From: an uncultured Bdellovibrionales bacterium
GTDB lineage: Bacteria > Patescibacteriota > Minisyncoccia > Moranbacterales > UBA1568
Reading direction: 5' to 3'
NCBI GenBank assembly: GCA_964543815.1
Contig: CAZIZG010000001.1
Coordinates: 116,265-180,264, forward strand
DNA: 64,000 nucleotides
Shown here: piece after piece, positions 29,053 through 39,003 of the stretch
Layout: the number at the start of each line of letters is the position of its first letter
Numbering within the stretch: position 1 is the stretch's first letter
The notes under the pieces: model-generated
The model's input: the letters and a program-made list of their open reading frames with translations, nothing else
Told to the model about the DNA's origin: nothing
The model's database searches: none
Translations under genes and position numbers: made by a program

Positions 29053-29228
29053 AGAAATCCACCAAACCTGGTTAGGCTAATACATGAAAAATGGCGCAAA
29101 GAGAAAAGCAATCATCGACACAACTACAAAAACTGAGACCACGACCCAAAGAGCGTAGGCCTTTTTATGCCATCTTCTAAAACTCATAGGCTCTTTTTCA
29201 CAACTTACCTTGCTATGGTAACAAAAAA

Positions 29229-31484
29229 TCACTCTGGCGACAACCGAACTCCCGTCTCATTTGGAGCTGTTTCGGAAGATTTGGCTGTATCAATAAGCGC
29301 CCGGATACCGTTTGTATCCACCACCGGACGACGGCGTAATGCTTTAAATTTTTTTGGTTCTATATGTTTGGCCTGAGCCAAAGAAAGTGGGGCGTCTGTC
29401 GAGGCATATGCTTGATGGCGAACATCTCTTCGTTCGGATACACGAGACGGTCGGGCCGTCCTGCTTTGTTCATCTGGACGAGCCACTGGGGAAACTGTTT
29501 GCTTTCGCTCTATTTCATTGCGAGCCTTAGCAGTCGCCCGTTGATAATCCCGCAGACAGTCTTTACAGAAAGTTGGTCGACTTCCATCAGGTTTGAACGG
29601 CACTTCAATTTCCAGTCCACAGGTAGCACATACGGCCTGATAGAGTATTTTCTCTGGTACTAATGCTTCAGCATGGACCGCCTCCGTCTGCGCCTCCGCG
29701 TCAGACAAAACGGGTTCATGCTGTGATACTTCAAGAGCTTGATTCTTTTTTTCACCCTGCTCAAAGGCATCCAAATCTACCAACGACGCCTTCTTTGGTG
29801 CCAGCGGTGGTTCAAAAGCCGGCTTGGCAGCTGATGACACCACGCCTTTAAGCAAAATAGCCGCCTCATCCGCTGTGTAGATCTCAGGATTGGAGCCAGA
29901 GGGATCGGGGGTTACCGTATCTTTTGGTGCGGGAGTTGGTAAAGTGATTTTCGGAATCGCCGCATACTTCTGGGCCGAGGGCATCATTTTCTTTGGTGGC
30001 TGTGATGGTTGTGCTGAAACAACTGGAGCCGAGAGTGGCTTCTGAGCTGCTCTCCCCTCGCCAAACTGAGCGGTTGGTTGCGGCATCTTCGGTCGGGGTT
30101 GAGACTGGGATGGCACCCCCAAAGGACGCGACGTTTCTTTGGGTCGCACGGAGGCAACTGGTGGTGCGACTGTTTTCACCAAAGCTTGGCGCTCTTCGGC
30201 TGAGAGCATACCACTCCATCGCATAATTTTTTCTTCCACTTCTTCTTTTTTCGATGTATAGCGCTCCCGGGAAGAATTGATAATTTTTTCTTCATTTCCA
30301 GCATCTTCCAACTTGATAGGTGGCAAAGTTGTAGCTGAAAAGGCATCACCAGCAATACCATCAATCATGAGCTTGAGATAAATCTGGTACTTCGGCAAAT
30401 TGACGATATCATTCATCATGAATACCGGCTCAAACTCCTTTTCCAAAAACTCGGCGTCCATAGCCCCTACCCGGAACGAAACGATGCTACCAGCGTTTCC
30501 AAAAATAGCGTCACGCACCTTTTCATCAATCTGGGTCACGTACTGATTGGCCAGGATGAGGTTCAGGTGGTACTTACGCGCCTCAGAAAGAATATTAGCA
30601 AACGACTCCGTAGCAAAATTCTGAAACTCATCAACGTAAAGATAAAAATCCGCTCGAGTATCTTCTGGAATGTCTACTCGACCCATGGCAGCAAGTTGGA
30701 TTTTGGTAATCATCATAGCCCCAAGGAGAGCGCTATTGTCCTCACCGAGACGACCCTTGGAAAGGTTCATGATGAGGATCTTACGCTCATCCATAATCTT
30801 GCGCACATCAAAGGACGAGACGGTCTGACCCACAATATTTCTGATGAGAGCACTCGAAAGGAACTGCCCTACCTTGTTCTGAATCGGAGAAATAACCTCT
30901 TGAAGCACCCGAGGATCCCACTTGGAAAATTCGTCCACCCAAAAGGAACGAACCACTGGATCAGTGATTTTTTCTACTACCCGCTCCCGATAAGATTTAT
31001 CAACCAGGATACGAGTGACACCGAGAAGTGTGCTTCCCGGATATTCAAGCAGACCCAAAATAGCATTACGCAAAATATACTCCAGTCGCGGTCCCCAGGA
31101 ATCAGCCCAGATTTTTTTGAACACTCCCACCAAACCAGAGGCCACCAAGTGACGGTACTCCGGACTGACTTTTTCCATCACATTGAAAGCAATCGGGAAG
31201 TCTTGGTCAGCCGGATTAAAATAGATAACGTCATTAATACGATTTGACGGGATGGCCTTGATGAGTTTTTCAGCCGTATCACCGTGCGGATCAATAAAGG
31301 CGATACCATGACCCTTTTGGATATCCTGAATAGCCAGGTTTTCCAAAAGATTGGTCTTACCCATACCGGTTTTTCCAATCACATACATGTGTCGGCGACG
31401 ATCATCTTGCTTGATACCAAACACACGTTCCTGATTACGGAAGTTCGTCTTGGCAAAAAATGTGACGTCATTCTGTAAAGCCAT
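29229..31484 (-). CDS. TraG/TraD/VirD4-family (type IV coupling-protein-like) ATPase lacking TM anchor, with C-terminal CxxC...CxxC zinc ribbon
   Basis: Walker A VIGKTGMGKT at residues 34-43, Walker B FYLYVDEFQNF, then ARKYHLNLILANQYVTQI (VirD4/TrwB-like); Pro/Ala/Ser-rich linker; CATCGLEIEVPFKPDGSRPTFCKDC. Confidence 0.7.
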   Translation of the reverse strand: MALQNDVTFFAKTNFRNQERVFGIKQDDRRRHMYVIGKTGMGKTNLLENLAIQDIQKGHGIAFIDPHGDTAEKLIKAIPSNRINDVIYFNPADQDFPIAFNVMEKVSPEYRHLVASGLVGVFKKIWADSWGPRLEYILRNAILGLLEYPGSTLLGVTRILVDKSYRERVVEKITDPVVRSFWVDEFSKWDPRVLQEVISPIQNKVGQFLSSALIRNIVGQTVSSFDVRKIMDERKILIMNLSKGRLGEDNSALLGAMMITKIQLAAMGRVDIPEDTRADFYLYVDEFQNFATESFANILSEARKYHLNLILANQYVTQIDEKVRDAIFGNAGSIVSFRVGAMDAEFLEKEFEPVFMMNDIVNLPKYQIYLKLMIDGIAGDAFSATTLPPIKLEDAGNEEKIINSSRERYTSKKEEVEEKIMRWSGMLSAEERQALVKTVAPPVASVRPKETSRPLGVPSQSQPRPKMPQPTAQFGEGRAAQKPLSAPVVSAQPSQPPKKMMPSAQKYAAIPKITLPTPAPKDTVTPDPSGSNPEIYTADEAAILLKGVVSSAAKPAFEPPLAPKKASLVDLDAFEQGEKKNQALEVSQHEPVLSDAEAQTEAVHAEALVPEKILYQAVCATCGLEIEVPFKPDGSRPTFCKDCLRDYQRATAKARNEIERKQTVSPVARPDEQSRTARPSRVSERRDVRHQAYASTDAPLSLAQAKHIEPKKFKALRRRPVVDTNGIRALIDTAKSSETAPNETGVRLSPE

Positions 31485-31486
31485 AG

Positions 31487-32791
31487 TTATTCGAAATCTT
31501 GGATAGGGAGATTAGAGGGGGCACCACCACGCTTGGCCGAAACCCGAGTGAGCGACGGAGCCAATACCGCCATATCCGGAATATGGAATACTGTCGCTAA
31601 CTCTTCCGAACTAAAAAGAAATCGAGTACTCTGCGGATCAGTATCACGCGTAATATAACGACGAAACAGCCGTCGCTGTCGATAACGCAACCGCTCCTCG
31701 GTAAAAATATAGGAGGCGTATGTTTTGGACCCGTCCTCCGGTACCATGCTGTTCAAATTCTGATCATTAAATTGCTTGATACCACCAATAAAAGATGAGA
31801 CGCCAGTCTGCTTACTGAATCCTTCGCGACGACCAACGTAGACCATGCGCATACGTGTTTTATACATCTGTTTAGCCAAATTGGCCTGAAGTGCCTTGAG
31901 CACATCTTTCTCACCAGGCGAAAGACGAAATTCGAGCGGCTGCTCTTCCTTTTTTTCCGGTTTAGCACCAGCCGTATAGACCATCGGACCCCCGATGAGT
32001 CCCCGGCCAATATTAGAAACAAAATCCATAATATGCGCAAAGAACATCCCAAGAAATCCAGATTTCGCCTCCTTAACCCGACCCAAAAACTCATCAACTG
32101 TCTCCTTTCCCGTTGAATACCATTTCTCACTAATGGGAGTAATAATGTACTGAAGCCACAGGTGTTGCCCAGGACCGAGCTTGCCCATAGTTTCAATCAG
32201 GCCGGCAAGTGGATCAATCATTTTGCCAGTTACGGTCTCCTCGAAATTCCTGTATGTTTTAATCGGATAAAGGTCCGGTTTAAACAATTTGAAATCAACT
32301 CCCCATAAATCCCATTCTTTGTTAGGCACGGTCTTCGGTACGAGGTGTACATAATCCTCCACCTCAACTATTTCCACATTGGGATACTGCGCGTAGAAAT
32401 GAGCTTCAACCAGATTACGAAATCCTACCTGGGTACGAATGTACATATGAACCTGCCCCTCGATACTTACCAATTCCAAAGAAAAGGAGGTGGGAAATTC
32501 CCCTTTGATAAATTCTTCAGCAGCCGTCGGAGATTTGATAACTCCAGCAAATGCCGTGAAAATAGATTCCATAGGAAGCGGACTCGCTTCAATGTCACGT
32601 GGTGGAATAATTTCCAAAAGTACCCATTTCAGTCCGCCCGCAAAATGCCCACCGGCATGAAACATCCACAACAGTTTGAAAACAAAATAGAGCAGTGGTG
32701 GGAACAAAATAAACCACACGCTCATAACAGCAGAAAAAACACCTCCCATGACGGAGAAGAGTTCTTGAAAGTTTGGTAAAAGAGTGCCCAT
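31487..32791 (-). CDS. hypothetical membrane protein (2 N-terminal TM + about 370-aa soluble domain), adjacent upstream of the VirD4-like ATPase
   Basis: stop TAA 31487-31489 and downstream ATG 31482-31484 separated by 2 nt. Confidence 0.5.
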   Translation of the reverse strand: MGTLLPNFQELFSVMGGVFSAVMSVWFILFPPLLYFVFKLLWMFHAGGHFAGGLKWVLLEIIPPRDIEASPLPMESIFTAFAGVIKSPTAAEEFIKGEFPTSFSLELVSIEGQVHMYIRTQVGFRNLVEAHFYAQYPNVEIVEVEDYVHLVPKTVPNKEWDLWGVDFKLFKPDLYPIKTYRNFEETVTGKMIDPLAGLIETMGKLGPGQHLWLQYIITPISEKWYSTGKETVDEFLGRVKEAKSGFLGMFFAHIMDFVSNIGRGLIGGPMVYTAGAKPEKKEEQPLEFRLSPGEKDVLKALQANLAKQMYKTRMRMVYVGRREGFSKQTGVSSFIGGIKQFNDQNLNSMVPEDGSKTYASYIFTEERLRYRQRRLFRRYITRDTDPQSTRFLFSSEELATVFHIPDMAVLAPSLTRVSAKRGGAPSNLPIQDFE

Positions 32792-32932
32792 GGTATATGG
32801 GGTGCGTTGACCCCGTTAGAGTCTTGATGACCCTAAGTACTTTACGTTTCAAAGAAATAAAGCTCACCCTCTCCCGACACTGTATCCGAGCAAACACTAA
32901 CAGGAGCCATCTCTCCCCCTTTAGAGGTCTCT

Positions 32933-33991
32933 CTACTTGACAGTATAAGCGTTCTTGCCAATCCGCGCAAAAAAAGTATTCAGATTGATGATAACGGTTG
33001 ATTTTTTGACCTGACGAATTTCAAGTACCTGAGCCAATACCTCTTCACGAGACAGCGGCTTCTCTGCCGCCCGCAAAATATCCGTGATAACTTCTTTAAC
33101 AGTGCCGCGCTTGTATCCCCAATCCGAAAGAGCATAGATACCACGACCAACCAATACAAAGCGCTTGTCTTTAATAAGTTCATTATGCACCGTTTGAGGA
33201 TGACTCTTCTTCTTTTTCTGTAATCCGTAACTATCAATCAAATCAGCAATTTCACGGAAATGTAGTGGCTTGGCTGCTGTTTTCAAAACCAAATAAGCCT
33301 TCTCACGAGTTCCGCGGGGTTTGATATCACTCCAGCCAGAGAGTCCCCATTTTCCAAAAACATTCTGCTTGATTTCTTTGGATACTGCGAGCAGACTAAA
33401 AAGCTCCTGCTCACTGACCTCACTGTGCACTTTTTTAAATCGGACGTACAGTTCCTCAGCCTCAAGAGCATCCCCTGCTGTTTCAAGCAATGCCTTAGTA
33501 TTAGCAAGAATCTTCTTCAAACGAGTCAAGGAGAAGTCCTTCAAGCGATAGAGTCGTTCCAAATCCTTAGTGGCCTTTTCTTCTTTGACAATAGCCAACG
33601 CCTCCAAAAAGGCCAAGAGTGCACCTCGTTCCTTTTTGCTCTGAAATGAAAGCTTCTCAAGCAAGTCCTCGGACTTCATCACGCCAAAATGTTCAGAGAG
33701 TGTGCGCTCAATTGAATCCACCACCTGACCAATGGACGGGTGAGATTGTTCCTGCGAGAGAAATCCCAGGGCACTGCCGATAACCTGACGGACACGTTCG
33801 CGAGTAATTTGATACGACTTTCCAATTTCCTCTAGCGTCTTTGGCGTTTCGCTTCCAATACCAAAACGAGCTTCCACAATACTCCGTGAGCGTACCGGCA
33901 GGTGTTCCAAGAGAGCCTGCAGCGTGGTCGAAAAAAGTTCTTTTGATTCCTCTGTCGTTGTGGAGAGAGAACGAGCTTTCGCAGAAGCCAT
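32933..33991 (-). CDS. sigma-70 region-4-like HTH protein with C-terminal winged-helix (RNAP delta/HARE-HTH-like) domain; not a complete sigma factor
   Basis: LPVRSRSIVEARFGIGSETPKTLEEIGKSYQITRERVRQV (region 4.2-like); C-terminal HFREIADLIDSYG...FVLVGRGIYALSDW; no region 2. Confidence 0.55.
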   Translation of the reverse strand: MASAKARSLSTTTEESKELFSTTLQALLEHLPVRSRSIVEARFGIGSETPKTLEEIGKSYQITRERVRQVIGSALGFLSQEQSHPSIGQVVDSIERTLSEHFGVMKSEDLLEKLSFQSKKERGALLAFLEALAIVKEEKATKDLERLYRLKDFSLTRLKKILANTKALLETAGDALEAEELYVRFKKVHSEVSEQELFSLLAVSKEIKQNVFGKWGLSGWSDIKPRGTREKAYLVLKTAAKPLHFREIADLIDSYGLQKKKKSHPQTVHNELIKDKRFVLVGRGIYALSDWGYKRGTVKEVITDILRAAEKPLSREEVLAQVLEIRQVKKSTVIINLNTFFARIGKNAYTVK

Positions 33992-34273
33992 AAAACATGT
34001 CACTAACAAATAATACCCTTAAAAAATCAGTTTCCCGGTCCGTATTGGATCGCTTTATATTAGCGCATAATCCCATTTTTTGTCAAGAGATTCTCCCTTT
34101 GGTCAATTTTGGTTAAAATTACCACTCCCTACCGACCCATTCTCACGGGCCTTCTTGCAAAGGAACTTGCTTGACAAAAAAGATTCATATATAATAAGGA
34201 CACGATTAAAAACAAAAAGCAAAGGGGGCACTCTTGCTCAAAATTTCTTGAGACTGAGTGAAACACAAAAACT

Positions 34274-35050
34274 ATGGTGAAGCACATTACTCCTCCGGAG
34301 GAGGACAACAAGGACAAGGACGCAGCGGAGCAGGCTATGAAAATTCAGGCGCTTCGTGACATGGTAAGTAATGCCGAAAAGACTATCCAAGGAGCCAAAG
34401 CTATGCTCCTTCAGCTTGAAGGCAAGAAAAAAACTGGTCGACCACGAAAGATTGAAGGTGATCCCACCAATGGCACCATCATTGAAGGGACTTTTGATGG
34501 CCAGGTTATGATTGGTACCGATGGTAAACAATACCCTGTCCCAGCGAATTACGCCTCCAAGTCAAAACTTGTTGAAGGCGACATGCTCAAACTCACCATT
34601 ACCGACAGCGGGACTTTCCTCTACAAGCAAATCGGCCCGATTGAACGACGGCATGCTCTCGGCGTCGTCACTCAGGATGAAGGAGGGAATTACTATGTTC
34701 TCGCCAATGGTAAACCCCATCGTGTCCTTTTGGCTTCGATTACCTATTTCAAAGCGACTCCGGGTGACGAGGTGGCAGTTGTTCTCCCTCGTGACCTCGA
34801 CAGTAATTGGGCCGCCATTGAAAATATCATTCAGAAAGGCGCCCATAAAGACTGGCAGTCAGAAATGAGTAAAGCCAGCGATGAAAACAGTGCTATCAAC
34901 ACCTGGAAGAAAGACCTCAAAAAAGATGATTTCATGAGCGATTCTGATGACACTCATCACATCGCCTCAGCTAAGGCTGAATCCACTCCTCTCGATGCCT
35001 GGGTGCGCGATATGGAGGAGATTGAAAAAGAAATCAACAGTCAAGCATAA
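34274..35050 (+). CDS. hypothetical protein (258 aa), coiled-coil N-terminus, acidic C-terminus
   Basis: ORF with no competing frame; no motif recognized. Confidence 0.45.
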   Translation: MVKHITPPEEDNKDKDAAEQAMKIQALRDMVSNAEKTIQGAKAMLLQLEGKKKTGRPRKIEGDPTNGTIIEGTFDGQVMIGTDGKQYPVPANYASKSKLVEGDMLKLTITDSGTFLYKQIGPIERRHALGVVTQDEGGNYYVLANGKPHRVLLASITYFKATPGDEVAVVLPRDLDSNWAAIENIIQKGAHKDWQSEMSKASDENSAINTWKKDLKKDDFMSDSDDTHHIASAKAESTPLDAWVRDMEEIEKEINSQA

Positions 35051-35062
35051 CATTTACACGCT

Positions 35063-35665
35063 ATGAAACTGACCGCCCGGGACTTAATTTTTGGCGCCAT
35101 TAATGGTGCTTTTATTGGTATCCTCGCTCCGTATATTTTCAGCAACCTCGGAGCGAAGCTCCCTATTCCTGTCAGTCTCTTTGTGCCACTCTTGGCACTT
35201 GCTTCTGCTATGGGTATCGGTTTTGGTTACGTTCTCTCCAAAGTACGTCCATTCTTCTTTCAACTTTCCAAATTTGGTCTCATTGGCGTGGCCAATACCG
35301 TTGTTGATCTCGGTATCTACAACCTTTTCATCTACATGAGTGACGTCTCAAGTGGTTACATGATTGTCGTCTTCAAGTCGTTCTCTGTACTCGCAGCCAT
35401 CATCAATAGCTACGTCTGGAACAAATTTTGGTCCTTTGAGAAAAAAGAAACTCATAGTCTCGGCGAGGAATTTGCTCAGTTTCTCATGGTCAGCCTCGTT
35501 GGCCTCCTCCTCAATGTTGGTATCACCGCATTTGTCGTCAATGTCATTGGCGCTCCAACAGGAATGGCCGAAAAGACCTGGGCCAACATCGGCGGCCTCA
35601 CCGCCTCTATCCTGGTGCTCACTTGGAACTTCGTTGGTTATAAATTCCTCGTCTTCAAGCGCTAG
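35063..35665 (+). CDS. GtrA-family membrane protein
   Basis: 4 TM; FGLIGVANTVVDLGIYNLF...YVWNKFWSF typical of PF04138. Confidence 0.7.
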   Translation: MKLTARDLIFGAINGAFIGILAPYIFSNLGAKLPIPVSLFVPLLALASAMGIGFGYVLSKVRPFFFQLSKFGLIGVANTVVDLGIYNLFIYMSDVSSGYMIVVFKSFSVLAAIINSYVWNKFWSFEKKETHSLGEEFAQFLMVSLVGLLLNVGITAFVVNVIGAPTGMAEKTWANIGGLTASILVLTWNFVGYKFLVFKR

Positions 35666-35674
35666 CCTCGAAAA

Positions 35675-35698
35675 AACTCCCTCACCGGGGAGTTTTTG
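35675..35698 (+). terminator. Rho-independent terminator
   Basis: AACTCCC-tcacc-GGGGAGTT + TTTTT. Confidence 0.6.
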
Positions 35699-35743
35699 GT
35701 ATGTGCTATACTGAAAGTACCAAATCAGTTTTGGTGACTGTTT

Positions 35744-37474
35744 TTGATTATTGATTCTATGCCATCCTCCACCACTTTCTACCGCAAATATCGGCCACAG
35801 AAATTCTCTGACGTTATCGGCCAAAAACACATCGTTACTACTCTCGAAAACGCTCTCAAACTCGGCAAGGTTGGTCAGGCCTACCTCTTTACCGGTCCAC
35901 GTGGTACAGGCAAAACCACTCTCGCTCGACTCTTCGCCAAAGCCATCAACTGCGAGAACCGCAAAGGAGCCGAGGCCTGTGACAAATGCCGTCATTGCCT
36001 CCTCATGCACGAGGGACAGAGTTTCGATATCATTGAAATTGATGCTGCTTCCCATACTGGCGTCGACAATATCCGCGAACTACGGGAGACTGTCAATCTC
36101 CCCCCCAGTCTGGGCTCACATAAGGTCTATATCATCGACGAGGTACACATGCTCTCTATCGGCGCTTTCAATGCGCTCCTTAAGACACTTGAGGAACCAC
36201 CAGCTCACGTCGTTTTTATCCTGGCTACCACAGCCCTTCACAAGGTACCTGACACCATTGTTTCTCGCTGTCAGCGTTTCGACCTTACGCGCTTTCCTGT
36301 AAAGGATATCACTCGAAAGCTTACCTCTATCGCCAAAGAAGAAAAACTCAAAATTACGCCTGAGGCTCTCGCCATGATTGCTTTTTCCGCCGAAGGTGGC
36401 ATGCGTGATGCCGAGTCACTTCTCATGCAGGTTGCTTCCCTCGGACTCTCGCCCATCACCGAAGACATCATCATCGGCGCCCTCGGTACTACCAAGAAAC
36501 AAAACGTAACCACTCTCATTACATTTTTGGCTGATAACGATCTCTACGGGGCGCTTTCCTTTATTCGTGAAGTATCACAGAGTGGTGCTGAGTTATCACT
36601 CTACGCTTCACTCGTTCTTCATTTCTTACGTGATCTCCTTATCGTTAATACCAATGCTGAACGCGGCCTCCTCGTACTTGGCGAATTAACAGAAGAAGAA
36701 CGACGGAGCCTCACAACGCTCGCTCCTCGCTTCACGGCCGGACAAATCGTATTGATGCTCGAGCAATTCCAGATTGCTCAGAGCACAACCAAGAGCGCTG
36801 TCATAACGGAACTCCCCTTAGAGATTGCCGTCGTCAATATCCTGGCGCCCCGAGAGGTCGCGCCCACTCCAAGAGAACCGGGAACACCCACAGTCACCGC
36901 AACCAGCCACGAAAAAAAAGTAGTTCCAAAAATTAACCCCATGAAATCCAGTGATGCTGGTGCAAAGCAATTTCATAGGGCGAACCCTGACCAATCCAAT
37001 GAAGTTGGTCCGCCAGAGGCGGAATTTCACAGGGCAAGCCAAACTGAAATACCAAAAAAAGAATATACAAAAACAGCTACTGAAATAAATACTGATCAAA
37101 CAATCAAAGAAGAAGTAGCTGAGAAAACGGCTCGTTTTGACTTGTCTCACATCAAAGAGCACTGGCTCGCTATCCTCGATACCGCCAAGCGTCTCAACGC
37201 CTCACTCACCCTCGGACTCTCCACTGCCCGCCCCGTGGAAACGACTGGATCCACTATCGTTATCGCGGTCAAATATCCCTTTCACAAAGAGCGCCTCGAA
37301 GAAGCCGCCAATCAATTGACACTCGAAAAGGCCTTTGATACCATCTTAGGGGCCAAAATGAAGCTCGTTATTGTGCTCGATTCAGCCAAAAATGAAGCGG
37401 TAGCCCAGGAAGAAAATCCTCTCATCAGCCAGGCTTTGAGCATGCTCGGCGGCCGAGTGGTGAATGAAGCATAA
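35744..37474 (+). CDS. dnaX: DNA polymerase III subunit gamma/tau
   Basis: FYRKYRPQKFSDVIGQKHIVTTLENALKLGKVGQAYLFTGPRGTGKTTLARLFAKAINC; Zn module CENRKGAEACDKCRHC; true start may be Met at 35759; preceded by extended -10-like TGCTATACT. Confidence 0.9.
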   Translation: MIIDSMPSSTTFYRKYRPQKFSDVIGQKHIVTTLENALKLGKVGQAYLFTGPRGTGKTTLARLFAKAINCENRKGAEACDKCRHCLLMHEGQSFDIIEIDAASHTGVDNIRELRETVNLPPSLGSHKVYIIDEVHMLSIGAFNALLKTLEEPPAHVVFILATTALHKVPDTIVSRCQRFDLTRFPVKDITRKLTSIAKEEKLKITPEALAMIAFSAEGGMRDAESLLMQVASLGLSPITEDIIIGALGTTKKQNVTTLITFLADNDLYGALSFIREVSQSGAELSLYASLVLHFLRDLLIVNTNAERGLLVLGELTEEERRSLTTLAPRFTAGQIVLMLEQFQIAQSTTKSAVITELPLEIAVVNILAPREVAPTPREPGTPTVTATSHEKKVVPKINPMKSSDAGAKQFHRANPDQSNEVGPPEAEFHRASQTEIPKKEYTKTATEINTDQTIKEEVAEKTARFDLSHIKEHWLAILDTAKRLNASLTLGLSTARPVETTGSTIVIAVKYPFHKERLEEAANQLTLEKAFDTILGAKMKLVIVLDSAKNEAVAQEENPLISQALSMLGGRVVNEA

Positions 37475-37481
37475 CGAACAT

Positions 37482-37553
37482 TGGGGAGTAGCCAAGCGGT
37501 AAGGCAGGGGCCTTTGAAGCCTCCATGCGATGGTTCGATCCCATCCTCCCCAG
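37482..37553 (+). tRNA. tRNA-Gln (anticodon TTG); CCA not encoded
   Basis: TGGGGAG-TA-GCC-AAGCGGTAA-GGC-A-GGGGC-CTTTGAA-GCCTC-CATGC-GATGG-TTCGATC-CCATC-CTCCCCA-G; cloverleaf near-identical in plan to E. coli tRNA-Gln. Confidence 0.85.
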
Positions 37554-37559
37554 CAAATT

Positions 37560-38117
37560 ATGTTCACTATTCCGAAACAATACTCTTCCATCACTTTTAT
37601 TCAAGACACTTCTTGGCAGGGGGTTTTTGATACCTGGCGAGATTTAGAAGCCTGGCAAAATTCATGGAAACAACACTGGGAAGAAAGAGGATTTGACTCA
37701 TGGGATGAATGGCGAAAAGCATACATAGAACCGTATCATCCAGAGTCGCTCTCATGGGCATTGTACAAAATTACTGACCCGCTACAAGATGTACCACATT
37801 TTTACGGGACACCCACCAAGGGGTGGATCGAGAAAGTTTACAACGGGGAAACGACTCTACAACTGAAAGATCTTGTTACTCATCCAGTCATTACGAATAA
37901 TGAAAAAATTATAGACATCAAAAAAGACTTTCCTCCTGAGACAATGCTTACGGGTATCATTTTTGAGGATAAAATTGTCTTACTTGAAGGCATGCATCGA
38001 GCAAATGCTATCACTACATGGAATCCCAAAGACGCCTTTACTGGTACAATTACTATAGCTCTTGCTGAGTGGAAGCACCACTTGATAAAAATAGGCGGAA
38101 ACTACAAGTCTAAATAA
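37560..38117 (+). CDS. hypothetical protein (185 aa), first gene of the post-tRNA cassette
   Basis: start moved to MFTIPKQ so it does not overlap the tRNA; Trp/acid-rich N-terminus; no motif. Confidence 0.45.
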   Translation: MFTIPKQYSSITFIQDTSWQGVFDTWRDLEAWQNSWKQHWEERGFDSWDEWRKAYIEPYHPESLSWALYKITDPLQDVPHFYGTPTKGWIEKVYNGETTLQLKDLVTHPVITNNEKIIDIKKDFPPETMLTGIIFEDKIVLLEGMHRANAITTWNPKDAFTGTITIALAEWKHHLIKIGGNYKSK

Positions 38118-38151
38118 GTTCCAACTTCATCCCAAGCCTCAACACTATTTT

Positions 38152-38436
38152 ATGAAAGCAATGAAGGCTAGCGCGGTCATAAATCTACAGGACATCCCAA
38201 ATATTGGCCCGGCAATGATTGAGGATTTTAAAAAACTTGAAATTTACACGCCAGCCGATTTGAAAAAACAAGACGCCTTTGCGCTCTATCAAAAACTCTG
38301 TGCCCTAACTCACACTCGTCATGACCCCTGCGTCCTCGATACATTTATCGCTGCCGTTCAATTTATGAACGGCGCACCAGCTCATCCTTGGTGGCACTAC
38401 ACTGCCGAGCGCAAAAGAAACTACCCGACAATATAG
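38152..38436 (+). CDS. helix-hairpin-helix DNA-binding protein (Cdd1/TfoX-C-like)
   Basis: NLQDIPNIGPAMIEDFKKLEIYTPADLKKQDAFALYQKL. Confidence 0.55.
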   Translation: MKAMKASAVINLQDIPNIGPAMIEDFKKLEIYTPADLKKQDAFALYQKLCALTHTRHDPCVLDTFIAAVQFMNGAPAHPWWHYTAERKRNYPTI

Positions 38437-38485
38437 AAACTCCCCTTTCTTCCTCTAATCTCTTTATCCCATAACTTCAGTATCT

Positions 38486-38971
38486 ATGCTCGTCGAACTT
38501 TCAACCAATCAGATAAAATTTTCCAAAGAACTTCTCGGTGCAGAAACTGCCTGGCTCTGGGTCGGCTCTGGTTATAGTCCGCTTGATAATGACGATAACC
38601 GAGTAAAAGAAACTCGCGAACTCATGGAAAAATACTACCCTTACGTCCCCTATGGAATGTGGGTGGGAAATAAAGCTGGCAATGAAATGAAGCCACTTGA
38701 ACTCAGAGAAGAGGGATATACTCTCGATCTTTCCTGGTGGCCAGTTGGCGTTTACCGTATGAACCTTCACACTGGTGCTGGCATTGAATCACCTTTTGGT
38801 TCAAAACTGCATCCAGAAAAACGTGATCAGGAGTGCTCATGGTCACCACTTGAAACATTTCAGAATGAACTCAAGTCATTCCTTCACAAGGAAGAAAATG
38901 GCGCTGGATATTCCATTCGCTTCCTTATTCGTCCAGATCGTTCTGTGGAACCTTTTGGCGATTACAACTAA
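38486..38971 (+). CDS. hypothetical protein (161 aa)
   Basis: ORF in the operon-like cassette; no motif. Confidence 0.45.
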   Translation: MLVELSTNQIKFSKELLGAETAWLWVGSGYSPLDNDDNRVKETRELMEKYYPYVPYGMWVGNKAGNEMKPLELREEGYTLDLSWWPVGVYRMNLHTGAGIESPFGSKLHPEKRDQECSWSPLETFQNELKSFLHKEENGAGYSIRFLIRPDRSVEPFGDYN

Positions 38972-39003
38972 ACTTTCGCTTCACCCCGCAATCTTAGCCT
39001 TTT

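Noticed and set aside
29229-32791. Calling this a conjugative type IV secretion system or ICE
   Set aside because: Only a coupling-protein-like ATPase and one membrane protein are present; no VirB4, VirB6, relaxase, integrase or oriT-like repeats in the window.
35348-36055. 235-aa minus-strand ORF
   Set aside because: Antisense to the end of gtrA and the conserved N-terminus of dnaX; no independent support.
37530-37559. N-terminal 10 codons of ORF 37530..38117
   Set aside because: They overlap the T-arm and acceptor stem of tRNA-Gln; start moved to the next Met at 37560.
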